A stretch of DNA of 64,000 bases from the NCBI RefSeq assembly GCF_009914755.1, contig NC_060925.1. One strand, given 5' to 3'. The notes below the pieces were generated by a model. It did not search any database. It was not told where the DNA came from and worked only from the letters and a program-made list of their open reading frames with translations. Positions 16,017 through 30,398 of the stretch are shown one piece after another. The DNA comes from the human T2T-CHM13v2.0 reference genome, Homo sapiens. Numbering within the stretch: the first letter of the stretch is position 1; the number at the start of each line of letters is the position of its first letter. The translations under genes and the position numbers were made by a program.

Positions 16017-19000
16017 TAGGAGAATCTGGTTCTTAGGCTCTGCCTATATCCTTTTACCTGTCTTGGGTAACTGCCAAGAAATTAAATCAACAAATTTTGG
16101 CCTGCAGTCTGGCATTAATAGATGTGAATTTAGCTAGGTTTCTTTCAACACAGTCTCCAGGTCAATCGTAATCTTATGTGAAGTTTCTTATTCAGGCATG
16201 TCTCGTTAGCACCATTAATTTCACACAGGAATTCTTTTTTTCTCCCTTTTTTTGTGACTAAGCAAAATGAGAAATATTTCTCTTTCAGGATATGGAGAGG
16301 CTTAATTAAATTCTTTAATTTTGTCTACATCTGCCCTTATGAATGATAGCAAAGGAATGGGGGATATCAGAATATGAGAAAAAGTAATCATCTAAAAATT
16401 TCCAAGCACTTTAAAATTTATTAAGCTAGCATAAATATGTGGGTGTGATAGAGGTTTTCATTAGGCCTCCTCTCAACATACAGTAGTTAGGAATGAAGTT
16501 TAGTGTCTCTCCGTCCTCCTGTCATATGTGTGTATGCACACATGTGTGCACATGCGACTGTGTTATGCATTTTGTTTTCATATTTCTTTTAGTTGAGTTT
16601 TACCTTACAACCCAACGTAAGGTAAATTAAAATTTCTATTGGATTTCCACACATTTTCTAGATCCTATTTATTCACTGTCAGTGACCTTCACTAGCACTT
16701 AGTCCTCTGTGTCCAAAAATGTATTGCCAATTCTTAGACTCCATCAGCCTTCTCCTATGAAAAAGTAATGCAGTTAATTTCTGCTCGAAATGCTCTTCTC
16801 CTAAACAGTCTTCTACTTGATCTTTATGAAAAGAGTTTTATGAAAGAAAAGTGAAAATAAAGACTAAGAAAGGCATTATTTAAGTGATGGGTGATATTAT
16901 TCAGCAAACACATTCAACTAGAGCATTCTATCCAGTTTTTTTGCCTTCACGTAAATATGAGGAGAAAGGTAGGTGTTAATAAGAAAATAATCTGATTAGG
17001 ATTTATGTAGAATGGTAGCATTTAGCGTATTAAATCTGTATAGATTCAGGTCATTTTCCTGCAGTCACTGTCTATAATCCTGTGTGCTGAACACTGAAAG
17101 TTAGATGGACTCTGAAGCACTATAGAATCCTCACTTTTCAAACAAAAGTTTAATTTTTATCACACTAGTATTTATTGAGCAGGCTACTATAACTGATCAC
17201 TGTACTGGGTATTGTGAATAGACAGAAAAGCCCAAGAGGCCTGTGTTACCTGACTTCTTTATTCACAAGTATACGTACCCAGAGACTGTCTGACAGTGAA
17301 TGCAGTTTCTCCTGCATAAGACATGGTGGCAGTCTTCTGAAGTCTTGCTGGGGAGATGAAGCATACAGAGATGTGTAAAATAAAACAGTTTGTAATATCC
17401 CAGTGTAGGGGCACAGATAATAACTATGGACACTCAGACAAAGGAACAAGTACTGTGGGACAAAAGAGTAAAATCAGAGGACTTTTGGTGCACTGCTTAG
17501 ATCCTAAATCTTTGAATATTAGTGGTGCCTTAGAAGATGGATAGGTAGGAGAAGGGTGAGAGGAAGGGAGCTGAGGAGACTAGAAGGGACTGTTATTTCC
17601 TGGAATAATCATTACCAATTTCTTCATCACGTTTTCTTAATGACACAGTTTCAAACGTTTTCTTCATCTTGATTGCTGTCTTCTGTGTATATGCTGGTTT
17701 GTGTGAGGTTTTACTAAACCAGTATGTGGATTAATCTAGTTTCACAGTGACAGGTAAGTGATTTAGAAAATCATTCCTTTAGCACATGTTAACTTGAACG
17801 TTTGGAGGTAGAATGCCTAGAGTGAGGGTGAAGGAGAGGACCTGGGGACAGGAAGAGAGGGCAGCTGGGAGCAATTGTGCTCCTTCCCTCAGACCTTTTT
17901 GGCCTTGACTCTTGATTCTTATACTTCTACCAGACAGAGAGGCGGTAGGCTTGTGGCCATGTTTTGCGAGGAAAATCAGAATCTAAGAATCTCTAAGGCA
18001 AGAGCAAGAATGGATTGGGATAGGGGAAGTGATAGGAAAACAGAGGCACTAAGAAGAGGGTTGGTTTTCATGTACTGCATAGTTCATTCCCTTAGTTGAG
18101 AAATCAGGTATCTCAACCTCAGATATCTTCTGTCCAGCATATCACTGGCCAGATCTGATTCATATGAGGGATCCAGAGTAAGGAAGCATCTGTTAGCCAA
18201 GTCTTTGGTTACCCCAAATTAGCTCAGGTCCTTTACTGCTTGTTTCCTCTGATTATATAGTACATATCCAAACCCTCAATTTTCCAGAATAAACTAGGTC
18301 TGCCTATTCTGTGTGGAAAACATTTGATGGTGGTTAAGATTCTCTTGCCTAGACGATGGTAGTGCCTTAGTCGTTTAACTGCCTGTCACTTTAAGATTTT
18401 GAAATACTGGTTCTCGTTGTGTAAGCCAGACACATCTTGAGAATATTTTACGGGGCAACTTGCCCTTTCTGAAACCTCAGTCATCCTGAAAAGTAACTCT
18501 GTACCTCCTTGACTTTAATTTTTCTGTCTTAATTCTATTTGTATACAATGTTTGTGGTGTCTGATTCTCTGTCTCGTATTGCTGAAACTCATGGCCTTGA
18601 ATTTCTGGGTCACTCTTAAAAAATAGACATAACTTGATTACTAATGAAAAAGTGACTCATTTTCTTCCAGGCAAAGGCTGACACTGACTGTCACAGTTTG
18701 TGACAGAAGCAGACTCTCTAATTAGGAGACATCACCTATTCTTTTCTAAATTTTATAAGAATTGATGATAGCATCATGAGATGGGAAGTGAGTAAGATAA
18801 GCGTTTATGCTTGTAGAGAGGATGCATAAAAATGAAATCTGGATAAAGTTCTATCTGAATTTACCTTTTTAAGTGGTTGATTCCCTGTGAGCTTAAATTT
18901 AGTGCTTCTCTTCCCAGACCGTTGTCTTACATACACACTTCAGTCAGTTTTAGCCTTGTATAACTAATCAGCAGGTCAGATTCCATCGAGGCTGAAATAC

Positions 19001-22000
19001 CTACCTCCATTCTGTGCTCAAGAAAACAGGCTCTCATGTTGGCCAGTTGTTTGGGATAGAAGATGGTTAGACCTTTCTATCCCTTTTAAACACAAGATTC
19101 TTTTTCATTCCCCTTATCTTGTTTAAATATATTGTTCCTTCTCTTTGGTTGTTCTTTGCTTTCTTATGCATCTGTGAGGGGCTAGCTGAAAGTGTGAGTT
19201 GTGGAACAATTCTTTTACATAAGTGTATATTGAATTATCTGTGCACCTAGAGGGTGATGGGCACTGTGAGGGATATTAAAAAAGAGACACAGTACAGTTC
19301 TTACCCTAGGATCCCCTGCTTGGAGTGGGACAGTGGTCAAGACATATACAACCACAAACACCCAAACATTAACATCAGCAAGCATCATTACATCCTTGGG
19401 TGGTATTGCCAAGGGACTTCAAAGGCCAAGATTATAGAGTCATCACACTTAGGAGGTCAAAGGGACTTTGGAAAGCACCTTTGTCACTCATTTTGTTTTA
19501 TAAGTGAGGAGGCTGAGGTGTAATACAGCTAAGCGAATTAGCCTTTATTACATAACTCATTAGAATGTAGACTGGGACTAAGAGCTGTTTCTCCAGATCC
19601 CATTAGGCAATCTAAAGATTCTGCACTATTTCTTTTTCATTTTTGGTATCCAAATAGGTACAGTTGTTTTTGATCTAGGAAAATCCTTTTAGACTAAACA
19701 GTAAGCTTTTTAAATTACTCTGCTTTTAGATATTTTTTGGACTTCAGAACTTTGAAGGTGGTCATCCACCAACATTGGGGAATGGAAAGAAGGCTCCAAC
19801 ACTTTTCTTTCTAGAGATCTTCTTTAATTTTCAATGGCAGTCACTACAGAATCTAGCAGTTCATGCTATTGAGGCCACTTTGTAGGATTTTTTTTTTTTT
19901 TTAGTCAGGGCTCCAGGTCCCTGGTGGTTTATGTAGTCAGTCTTATCAACAACCGATGAAAGACCAATAAAAGTGCAAGAGGGAATGAGGACTGTGTGTG
20001 TGTATGTCTGCACATGCACACATGCCTCTCTGTGTGTGTTGGTTAACTTCATATTTGGTAGGTGGGAGGGAAGGTGATTAAAAAATAATCTACTTTGCAT
20101 GGAGTTGGCCCAATTTGACTGATATAGGGGTGAGTGGGGGTTAAGAAGTAGTCTATATATCAGGAATCTTAATTAGTTTTGAAAATCCTTTAGGTAAATA
20201 GCTCAACCCAGTTGTTCCCAAACTTCAAGTGTATTTATAGGGTCTTTTTAAGGGGTAAAGATTCCACAGAGCCCTTCATTTTGACCTTTTGCTTCTGCAC
20301 TGAATAGTTGAATGCCTTCTATATGCCAGTCATTGTGTTAGGCACTGGGAGTATGAGAATTAATAATTTTAGTCTGTTGACAGATAATCATAATAAGGGC
20401 TAATGAGTAACACAGGCTCAGGGTTATAAGAACAGAGGGGGTGTCAAGGCTGTTTTTCACAGGAAATAACATTTAAGTTGAGACTTAATGAAATTTTAGG
20501 GCTTAGCCATGAGAAGGTGGGGAAAAGCATTTTGGGCTGACTGAACAGCGTGTACAGAGGTCTGGAAGTGAGAAGTAGTGTACTATAGCATTTTCTAGGA
20601 GCTGAAAGGCGTTTAGCAAGAGTATAGTGCATAAAGGAGAGAGCTTGAGATGAAACAATTTCTCAGTGTGTTGTTTGAATACAATGTATACTGTCAAAAT
20701 CTAAGAATTCAAGAATCATTTAATATATCTTTATGTTTTACTAGTCATAAAAGCATATACATATATTTAAATATGGACAAGATACTGTTTAGTAGTTTAG
20801 AAAGTGATTTATAAGGATTGCAATCCCTTGCAATAACTCCACAGCCCATACCTTGGGAACAACTGAGCTAACTCATTCAGTTTTGTCCATTACATCGAAG
20901 GGTGTTTTTTGTAAACTCATATGTCTAGAATGTGTTTGCCATGTTTTAATCACAAGTAGATATTTTCTCAGGGTCCAGTGCAGTGAAGTATGGTAAGATC
21001 CTGATTGTGTTCTGGAACACAGAGGAAAGACCACCTTCTGTTATAGCAACAACACAAGTCTTTTAACACTGTGTGCCCCTTCCCAATCTTTCAAGTGATG
21101 ATTGAAGAGACTAGGTGCTCAGCTCAGCCTTTGAGTTCTGATAAATGAGCCCAGACTGTAAACTGGAAGATAAGGATGTTTGTAAAGTTCTTGTATAAAT
21201 AAAGCATGGTTTCTCATTGCAGTGGTTACTGATTTCATAGTCTGAGTGAAGATGAATGATGCTGTGAATCAACAGCTTTAAAGTCCGTACCACTTCAGCT
21301 TCTTTTTGGTTTAGGTTTCTTAAAATCAGTGTGTATTTAATGCTTTATTCAGATGAGGGGGTGAAAAACCTAACACATGTAAACTAAGTGAGGTGGGGTT
21401 TCAGAGATAATTCCCAGCCTCACAATTCCTCATGAAGTTATTTTCCTGTGGGAAACTTTTAATTTGGAAGCATGCAACCTAATGTGGGAACCAAGATTAA
21501 CATTTTCTGAAATACTTCTACAAGAAAAGCAGAAATGCTCTGTCCAGGAAGCTGAATTTACATAGTAGAAAAATGAGCTGCCCTGCAGTATTTGGTAGTC
21601 TTTGTGTATTAGTTGTGATAAAAGTGTGTATGTGTGTGTGTACGTGTGTGAGAGTGAGAGATTGTATACTTGTCTTTGTTTCCTTCACATACAACTAGTA
21701 AGGCCCTAGAAAAACTACACTAGAAAGTGTGTTTTACCACAAGCGTCCCAGTTCTGGACACCAATCTATACACAAATACTTTTTTTTAAAGTTCTTTTTG
21801 TTTTTCCTTCTTGCTGAGTAAGCTATAGTATTTCCTTTTTTTTTCTTTTTATTTGAGAAAAGGGGGGGTTGAGAGTAGAGTGGGAATGGCAAGAAGTAGT
21901 ATGACAGAGCTTCTTCTCTTTTTTTCCCCTCTTTACCAGGAAGTTAACTAGAAGTCCTCATGCATGTTTTTAAAACAAAGTTGGTAATTAGCATAACCTA

Positions 22001-22790
22001 GTTAGTTACCTTTACACAGAGTGACAGAATTAAAAAGTTGACAAGCCCATCAGACCTCAGCCAGGAGGTACTGAAAGGAGGGAGACCAGTGAGTCTAGAC
22101 CAATAGGTGGGTTAGGCCTCCTGAATGCCAGCCTAGAAGTTTAGACTTGATTCTATAGGCTCTGGGGTACCTACAAGTTTGTAGTCGGAGCCTTGGGAAT
22201 TGAATGTTACATAGGAACTTTCACTGGTTCCAGCTAGCCTTGGCTGTTAGCAATTATTTTTATCTACTTTAACAGGGGGGACAGAGTAGGGGGGCAGGAA
22301 ACTAAGCTGGCATTATGGTCACAGGAAAGAACAGACTGATTTGGAGCCTTTCAAACTGCAGACCTTTGTTACTGACCGATGCTTAATTTGGTTTCTGGGT
22401 TTTGTTAGTTTTTTCCCCTGCCCTTACCTCATTTACCTTAACGACAGCTCCCCCCTCTAGAGCTCAGCTAGGGCAGGCTGCCACTGCGGATTGGGGGGCC
22501 AAGAGGCCCAGGGCAAGAAGAAAGTGGGTTGAAAGCAGAGTTCTGTTTAAAGAATTTTCTGCTGGAAACTAGCCCAGAGGGAGTAAAGAGGAACTTTAAT
22601 GAGGAGCAGCTGCAGTGCCGACGCAACCCACATGAGACTTTTTTTTCCCCTTCGTTCCACATTCTGTATAGTTTTTTTAAAAATCATGACTTTGAAATAG
22701 CTGTTTTGTAAAGCATGCCTCTCTTTTTCTTCTTGTATGTGGTGGGGTTTTGCTTTGTTGTTGTTGTTTTTTTTTGAATGGCCAAATCCT

Positions 22791-22824
<34 letters not shown>

Positions 22825-23394
22825 TAAAGACAGAGCTGCAGCAAAGCCCTGGATGCAATTTGGCCTCACCCTGCTGATACAGAACATTCGGTGGAGAAAA
22901 CAAGGGGAGAGAACACTGGCTTTTATTTGGAAAAGGGGCTTATTTCCTGCTCAGACTTCAGTCATCTTGGAGCTGACACAAGCTGCTACACTGTTTTAAG
23001 CTTTTCTGTAGACGAGTGGCTATTCACTTAGGAAACGTGAAAGAACAAATTTTTCTGTCCTGTATTACTAGGGAGACTGATCCTGAACTGCAGCCATTGC
23101 CAGATAGATTGGAATTGCTATTCAGATCCCAGCTTCGTTGAAATCTGTAAAGTGGCTACATGTAAACTAATCCAGGCTGCTAGTGAGATGTGAGGGTTGG
23201 GGTCTGGTTTTCATCTGCTTAAGTGAGAGGAAACTGTAGGGGTATCCTTCAAATGGAATGTTTTCTAGTTCCATTAGGAGGAATCCCTTGTTTTTCTCTG
23301 TTTTCTTCCTTCCTTTGCTTTTCTACATCCAACCCCATGCGTATGTTTGAACAGTAACAATGGAAATGTGGACCTCTCAATGTCAGAAATGACA

Positions 23395-23532
23395 CTTTTT
23401 TTTTTTTTGAGATGGGGTTCTCACCATGTTGCCCGTGTTGCCTAGGCAGGTCTCGAACTTCCGCTCTAGCAATCTGCTCACCTTGGCCTCCCACAGTGCT
23501 GGGATTACAGGTGTGAGCCACTGTGCCCAGCT
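23395..23532 (-). mobile_element. Alu left monomer (FLAM-like)
   Basis: Poly-T plus a single arm; flanking gacacttt/gagacttt. Confidence 0.8.
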
Positions 23533-25749
23533 GAGACTTTTAAAGAAAAAGTCATAAATATATCTTTATGGACCTGGTAAGTATTCAGATTAGTTTATAG
23601 AGTTTAAAATGGAAAAATGCTCCCCAAACCTTTCTCTGTATTCACAACCTCATCTGCGAAGTATGTTCTTTCAGAGTTCCAATGCTAGAGAAGAGAGAGT
23701 AAGTAGAAGTCACTGAGAGACATTGAAGAGACAGTTATGAAAATAATTAATAAACTCCCTACAGGAGGGAAACATTCATATAGTTTTGCGGATGAAAGGC
23801 ATCTGTTAGATTTTTGTGGTTATTTTTTAGAATATACACCTTTAGTTCAAGTGGTAGACTATTTTCCAAAATGTGTGCTGGGTAGCTTAATGGAATTATA
23901 GATACGTAAGGGATGTTGGGTGTTTAGCCATGTTTTCACTCTCTAACCAAATTCAACTTTAGCCATCTCAAGAAGACAGCTATTTAAGCCCTTGTTTTCA
24001 AGCAGAGAACCTTACTTTCCACCAAGACTAACAGAGTATATGTTCTCCTTATACCACAGTTGAACAGGGATTTGCAAGTTGAAAGATCTCCTGCCTTAGG
24101 AAACAAGGGTCTGTTATTTCTGACTGTCTTACCTATTACTCCCCTTTCTTCCCATGTCCATAATGCTGCTTAGCTTCCTGGGGTGTGAAGGATAATTCTA
24201 TACCTCAGGATGACTATTAGGTTGATTTGGCCTGTTATTCTACCAGACAGATCACAGAGTAGAGATGGATTTTGTGGAACATTTGGATTGAGAGACTGAC
24301 TTTATCCATCACATGAAATTTAGCCTGCTTTGGAACCAGCTGCTTAGTGGGGTTTAGGTACTCAGGTATTCAGGGAACCTACACCAAGGGTTCAAGACAG
24401 GCTCTTCCCCACAAAAACTATCTAGATGGGAGTTTGAGAAAGGTACAGCAAAGACATAACAGTGGCTTAAATAAAGAAGAACCATACCAGTGGAGACAAT
24501 GTAGTGCATGACATGGCACTACATCTGCTGTTGGAAGGATCAGAGACAGGTGGGATGATTTGTAGAAGGCTTACTATAGGACAGGTTTACAGCAGATTTT
24601 TGAAAAAAGGGTGGAAGAAAGGAACCTAAGTTGGAGATATACCAGAAGGGAAGCATGATGTTTCTCACTGGAAATTAAAAAGATTTTAATATGGGGGACA
24701 GTAAACAAGATTGTGGAAATAATATGGAGTGTTCGAGTTATGGATTACTAAAGAGTAAGATGGTTAGATGATTGGAATGGGACAGACAAGCAGATCAGAG
24801 ATTGTAAAGAACTTGGATTTGAAAGGCTTGGTATTAATACTGTTGCTAGTTTCTGAGCAGAAGAATGACATGAAAATTATGCTTAGGAAAGATTATTCTT
24901 TTAGTCATATGCTTAGGTTCAGCAAGGAATTTCCAGACTGTCCTTAGGGAGAGGAGAGGTATGGATAGGATGCTGGTCCATTTAGGATGTTAGAGCTGAT
25001 TGAATAGGTGCTAGTCTTGGGGCAAGACTTAGTCATACACTTTCAGTTAAGTACTGTTTCATTGCAAGGTCTAGGTGAAGATAGGGATATATTTGTAAAA
25101 CTGGGGAAATTGCTAGATTCACAGATAACCAACTTTGGGTAGATCAGTTAGCTTTGGTGTCCTTTTCAGTGCTATAGGGGTTCAGACCATTTGGTTTCTG
25201 AGATCACTGCTGAAATTCTGTGATTGTATGAGTATAATGTAAAAGTTGTCTCAATCAAGGAAACTTGGAGTAAAGACTCAATATGATGGATTTAAAAGGA
25301 ATGAATGATAGTTCCAATTATTGGGTTCAAAAAACATGTGCTACAAGTATAAGATGAGAAAAATAGGGTACACTAGTAGTTCATGTGAAATAAGGCTCTG
25401 AATATTTTAGCTGAGTGTGTATTCCATAGCACATAGTAGTATTTTGTGGCTTCTAAAAAAGTACACATATCCATTGGGTATGAGTCGGAGCATTATTCTT
25501 TCTTGAACTGCGCTCTCACGATGCCTTCTCAGTTTAAGAACTTACTCTGAAATAGTAAAAGCATAGTGTCCAGATCAGAAGGTCATGGTTCAGCTCTGTG
25601 CTGCACTGGTAAGAACATGTGTTAAGCCTTTTTCCATTTTGAGCCTCACTTTTTAAAGAGGTTTTTGATGAACTGGAGTCATCCAGTGATGGGGAGGCAG
25701 GATAGCCTAGTGTTGAAGCACACGCACTCTAGAGTCTACTTGGGTTTGA

Positions 25750-26077
<328 letters not shown>

Positions 26078-26519
26078 TAGCTGTAAAATCTTAATCTTTC
26101 TAAGCTTCGAGTTCCTCATATATAAAATGGAGATTATAATACGGCACTGGAGCGAGTAATACAAGAGACAATAGCTATCAAATGCTTAGCAAATATACAA
26201 TACATAGTTAAGTACTTAGAAAATATGTTTTCAGTTACTTCGGGTATATACCTGGGAAGGGAGGCAGAAAATTTTGGTCATTCTGATTATTATTACTACT
26301 ATTAAGCATAGAAGCACCACTAAAAAGGTGAAGAAGCCTGGAAATAACCCTATACTGAGGAATACGCCAAACCATTGAATCCTGGAAAAAAGAAAACAAA
26401 AGGCCCACATAACTATCTTCAGATTCTTGAAGGGCTACGTGTAAGAGAAGCAGAAGGCTTGTTCTTTTTTGTTCTAGAGGGTAGAGATAACCTGGAAATT
26501 GTAGAGAGACAAAGTTTGT

Positions 26520-27038
26520 TCTTTTCAAAATTAAGACATAATTTATGTATCATAAAATTTACCCTTTTAAAGTGTTTAATTTAGTAGACTTTAGTATTTC
26601 CAGAGTTATGAGACCACCACCATTATCTAATTTCAAAACATTTTTATCACCCTGAAAGAAATTCTCTACGGCTTAGTAGTCACTGTCTATTTCCCTTTCT
26701 TTACAGCTCCTAGCAACACTAATCTACTTTTTATCTCTACGGATTTGCATATTCTGGACATTTCATATAAATGGAATTATATAATATGTGGCCTTTTGTG
26801 TGTGGCTTCTTTCACTTAGCATGTTTTCAAGGTTCATCCATGTTGTAGCATGTATCAGAATGTCATTCCTTTTCATGGCCACATATTTCATTTATGGATA
26901 TACCACATTTTATTTATCTGTTCATCAGCTTATAGGCATTTGGGTTGTTTCTACTTTTTAGCTATTATGAATAATGCTGCTATGAACATTTTTATTATGT
27001 GGGCATATGTTTTCAGTTATCTCGGGTATATACCTAGG
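26520..27038 (-). mobile_element. L1M 3' fragment
   Basis: attctggacatttcatataaatggaat...tttcacttagcatgttttcaaggttcatccatg...gggtatatacctagg. Confidence 0.8.
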
Positions 27039-29159
27039 AAGGGAGGCAGAATTTGAAGAATTAAGAAAGAGCTTTCTCACAGTGGAATCCACCACATTGA
27101 AGACTGTTCTTTTGTTGAAGTAGTCAGCCAGTAATTTCACTTAACAAATGCATAGTGTTTACTATGTGCTGGATAGTGTTCTAAGTGCTTTACCCTTATT
27201 TAAAAATCCTATGAAGTAGGCACTGTTATTACATCTCTTTTACAACAGGGAAGTTTAGTACCTTGCCCAAGATTACACATTGAGTAAATGGTGGAGTTGG
27301 GATTGAAATCCAGGTGGTCTGGTTCCAGAGTCTGTACTCTTAAGAGCAGAACAATAATAACTCCAAGCATTTATTAAATTCTCAAGATTTATCCGGCACC
27401 ATGCTACATGCTTGTATTCAAGCAGAGGCTGGTGATCATCTTTTAGAAATATTTTAGAAATGATTACTTAATTGGATAGAAATTAAATTTCTTGAATCTG
27501 AAGGTTCTGTTTTTCCAAGGATGGCTGGAAATGGGGGAAAAGCCAGCAACAAGATGATGTCTGGCCTGAGGCTTTTAAGATGATCAGAATTTGTATCAAA
27601 AAGGAAACTGTGAACACGAATGATAAGTATTATAGGAATTCAGTTAACAAGTCTTGTCAGAATGTGGTAATAAATTATATACAACTTAAAGAGATGAAGT
27701 TACTTTAAATTGTGTGTGGAAGCCTTAGAAAAATTGAATAATTAAAGTTTCTTGGGAAGATGATCTCCTTTTACAAATGTTTAGTTTCAAATAGTGGCAG
27801 CACATATTAGGATAGAGAGATGACTTCTAGAAAACTGAACATATGGGACTGGAACAGTGTATTTTGGAGTCAGTTACAGGAAGGAAGTTGTTTAAAACCA
27901 AGTGAACAACAACAGTAACAAATGCATTTGAGAGAAAGAGCAGTGCAGTCCAGACTTAAACATTAGGGTGGCCATAATAGATGGGGAAGAAGGAGAAATC
28001 AGCAATCCAGACTAAGACTTCACTGGGTTTTGAGTTAGACAGAGGGAGTCATAGAAGCCAAGGTAAAATGATTAAAACGGTACATGGAGTGGTTAGCAAT
28101 TCTCCCTATAGGAGAGAGAATTTCCTTATGAAGTTTCAGATGAGACCACTGAACTTGACTAGAGGAAAGTCATTGTTTTTAGAAAACAGTTTCTAAGCAA
28201 TAATTAGAATTAAAGTTTTGTTGCAGAGGGATAAGTAAGAAGTAGATGGAAAAGAAAGAGAAATATCTGAAATTAGGCTACAGTCATAGAAGGTTAGCTG
28301 TGAAACAATAATTTGGAAAGGGAAATGGGACCTCATGAAAGTGTGGGTTAAAAGAGACTTGTATATCTTCTAAGGTAAAAGTAAAGAACTAAGCTGATGT
28401 CCAGCCCTCTAAAACATTTTAAATAGAAATCAAACTTTATTAATACAGTAGGTCTAGTTTCACGTAAAGCAAATATGTGGTTCTGTACACGGGCTTTAGG
28501 AGAGTAAGTCTGTTGTACCTCATATGTAAGTATTATCCCATTTAGAGGAAAACCCTAAGTCTTTCTTTACAGTGGCTTAAAGGCCCCAATTGATCCACAT
28601 CCCAGTTACAGCTCTCATCTATTTTCTGCTGCTCCAGATATTCTTGCTGTTTCTCAAACACGCTAGGGCTGCTCTCTGTGTTATGGCCTTTGCATTTGCT
28701 GTTCCCTTTCTCATGAATGTGTTTTCCTAAGATACCTGCATGATTACTCTCACCTTATTTAGGTCTCAACTCAAGTATTGTCAGTGAAGGTCTTCTCTGA
28801 TTTTCCTATTCTAAACTGAGATACTTCTCTTTGCTCACCCCACACCCTCATCCCCAGCTCCATTCCTTCCTGTTTAATTTTTTTTCACAGCACTTAACTC
28901 CATCTATTGTGCATCTTTTACTTAGTAATTTTGTTTTCGTCTTCCGCTATTAGAATGTAAACTCCAAGAGTGTAAGAATTTTTCTAGCACTGGAAAAATG
29001 CCTGGCACATAATAGGCATTTACTAATTGTTGTGTGAATGAACGATTATAAGTTTAATATTCTTTGTGGAAACTAATAAGGTTGATTTCCTATCAGAAAC
29101 CGATCATTATTAATAAGCATATTGGATGGTATTTATAGAATTAGCCTTCATATGTTCTC

Positions 29160-29487
29160 TACTCAGAAGTTGGCAAACTTTTTCTGTAAAGTGCCAGAGA
29201 GTAATTATTTTTGCAGGCTTTGTGGTCTCATTACAGCTACTTGACTCTGTTGTTGTAGTGGAAAATCAGCCATAGACAATCTATAAATGAATGAGCATGG
29301 CTGTGTTCCGGTAAGACTATTTATGGACACTGAAATTTGAATTGTATATAATTTTGAAATGTCAGAAAATATCCTTCTTTTGTTCTTTTTTTCTAATCAT
29401 TTAAAAATGTAAAAAACTATTCACAGGCCAAACAAAAACAGGCAGTGGTCCAAATTAGACTTGCAAACTGTACTTTGTCAATCTCTG
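29160..29487. mobile_element. MER58-like hAT DNA transposon
   Basis: gttggcaaactttttctgtaaag...gcatggctgtgttcc...tttatggacactgaaatttgaat. Confidence 0.7.
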
Positions 29488-30064
29488 GTTTTACTGATTT
29501 CTTAAATATATCTTAGGTTAAAACTTATTTTTCCATACTTGATAGGGAGCAACAATGTGAATTAAACTGTAGAAACAAATAATTCAGAAATACATCTGTT
29601 TAGCTTTAGAAACTTCCATTTTGCTTCATTTTTGTTTTCCTGGGAACCTTATATTTCCATTATATGTTTATGATGCTACCATTTAAATGACTTTGCATTC
29701 TCTTAGCATATGCCACATGATAGTGTTAGGGTGGTGTAATAGTTCAGGAGCAAAGCTGAGCAAAGCCCACCCACGTTTAAAAATTTGCCATTATTTAGAA
29801 GGTGCATAATTCCCATATGGGAGAATGAAGAGTCATCTAATAATGCCCAGAGGGCTGCACTGTGAGTGAGAATTGTGTTGCAGTTTTTAACATTCATAAC
29901 ACATTTCTTGAATAAGCTGCAAATGCTTTTAATAATATATCTCAGAGTTAATTTTAGCTATGCTACATTGGCACTTTTTGCTCCTCCACTTCAAAAAACC
30001 AACACAAGAAACTATTCTCAAATCAAGCTGTGATTTGGATGGGGCATTGTATTTTCCTCAATAA

Positions 30065-30398
<334 letters not shown>

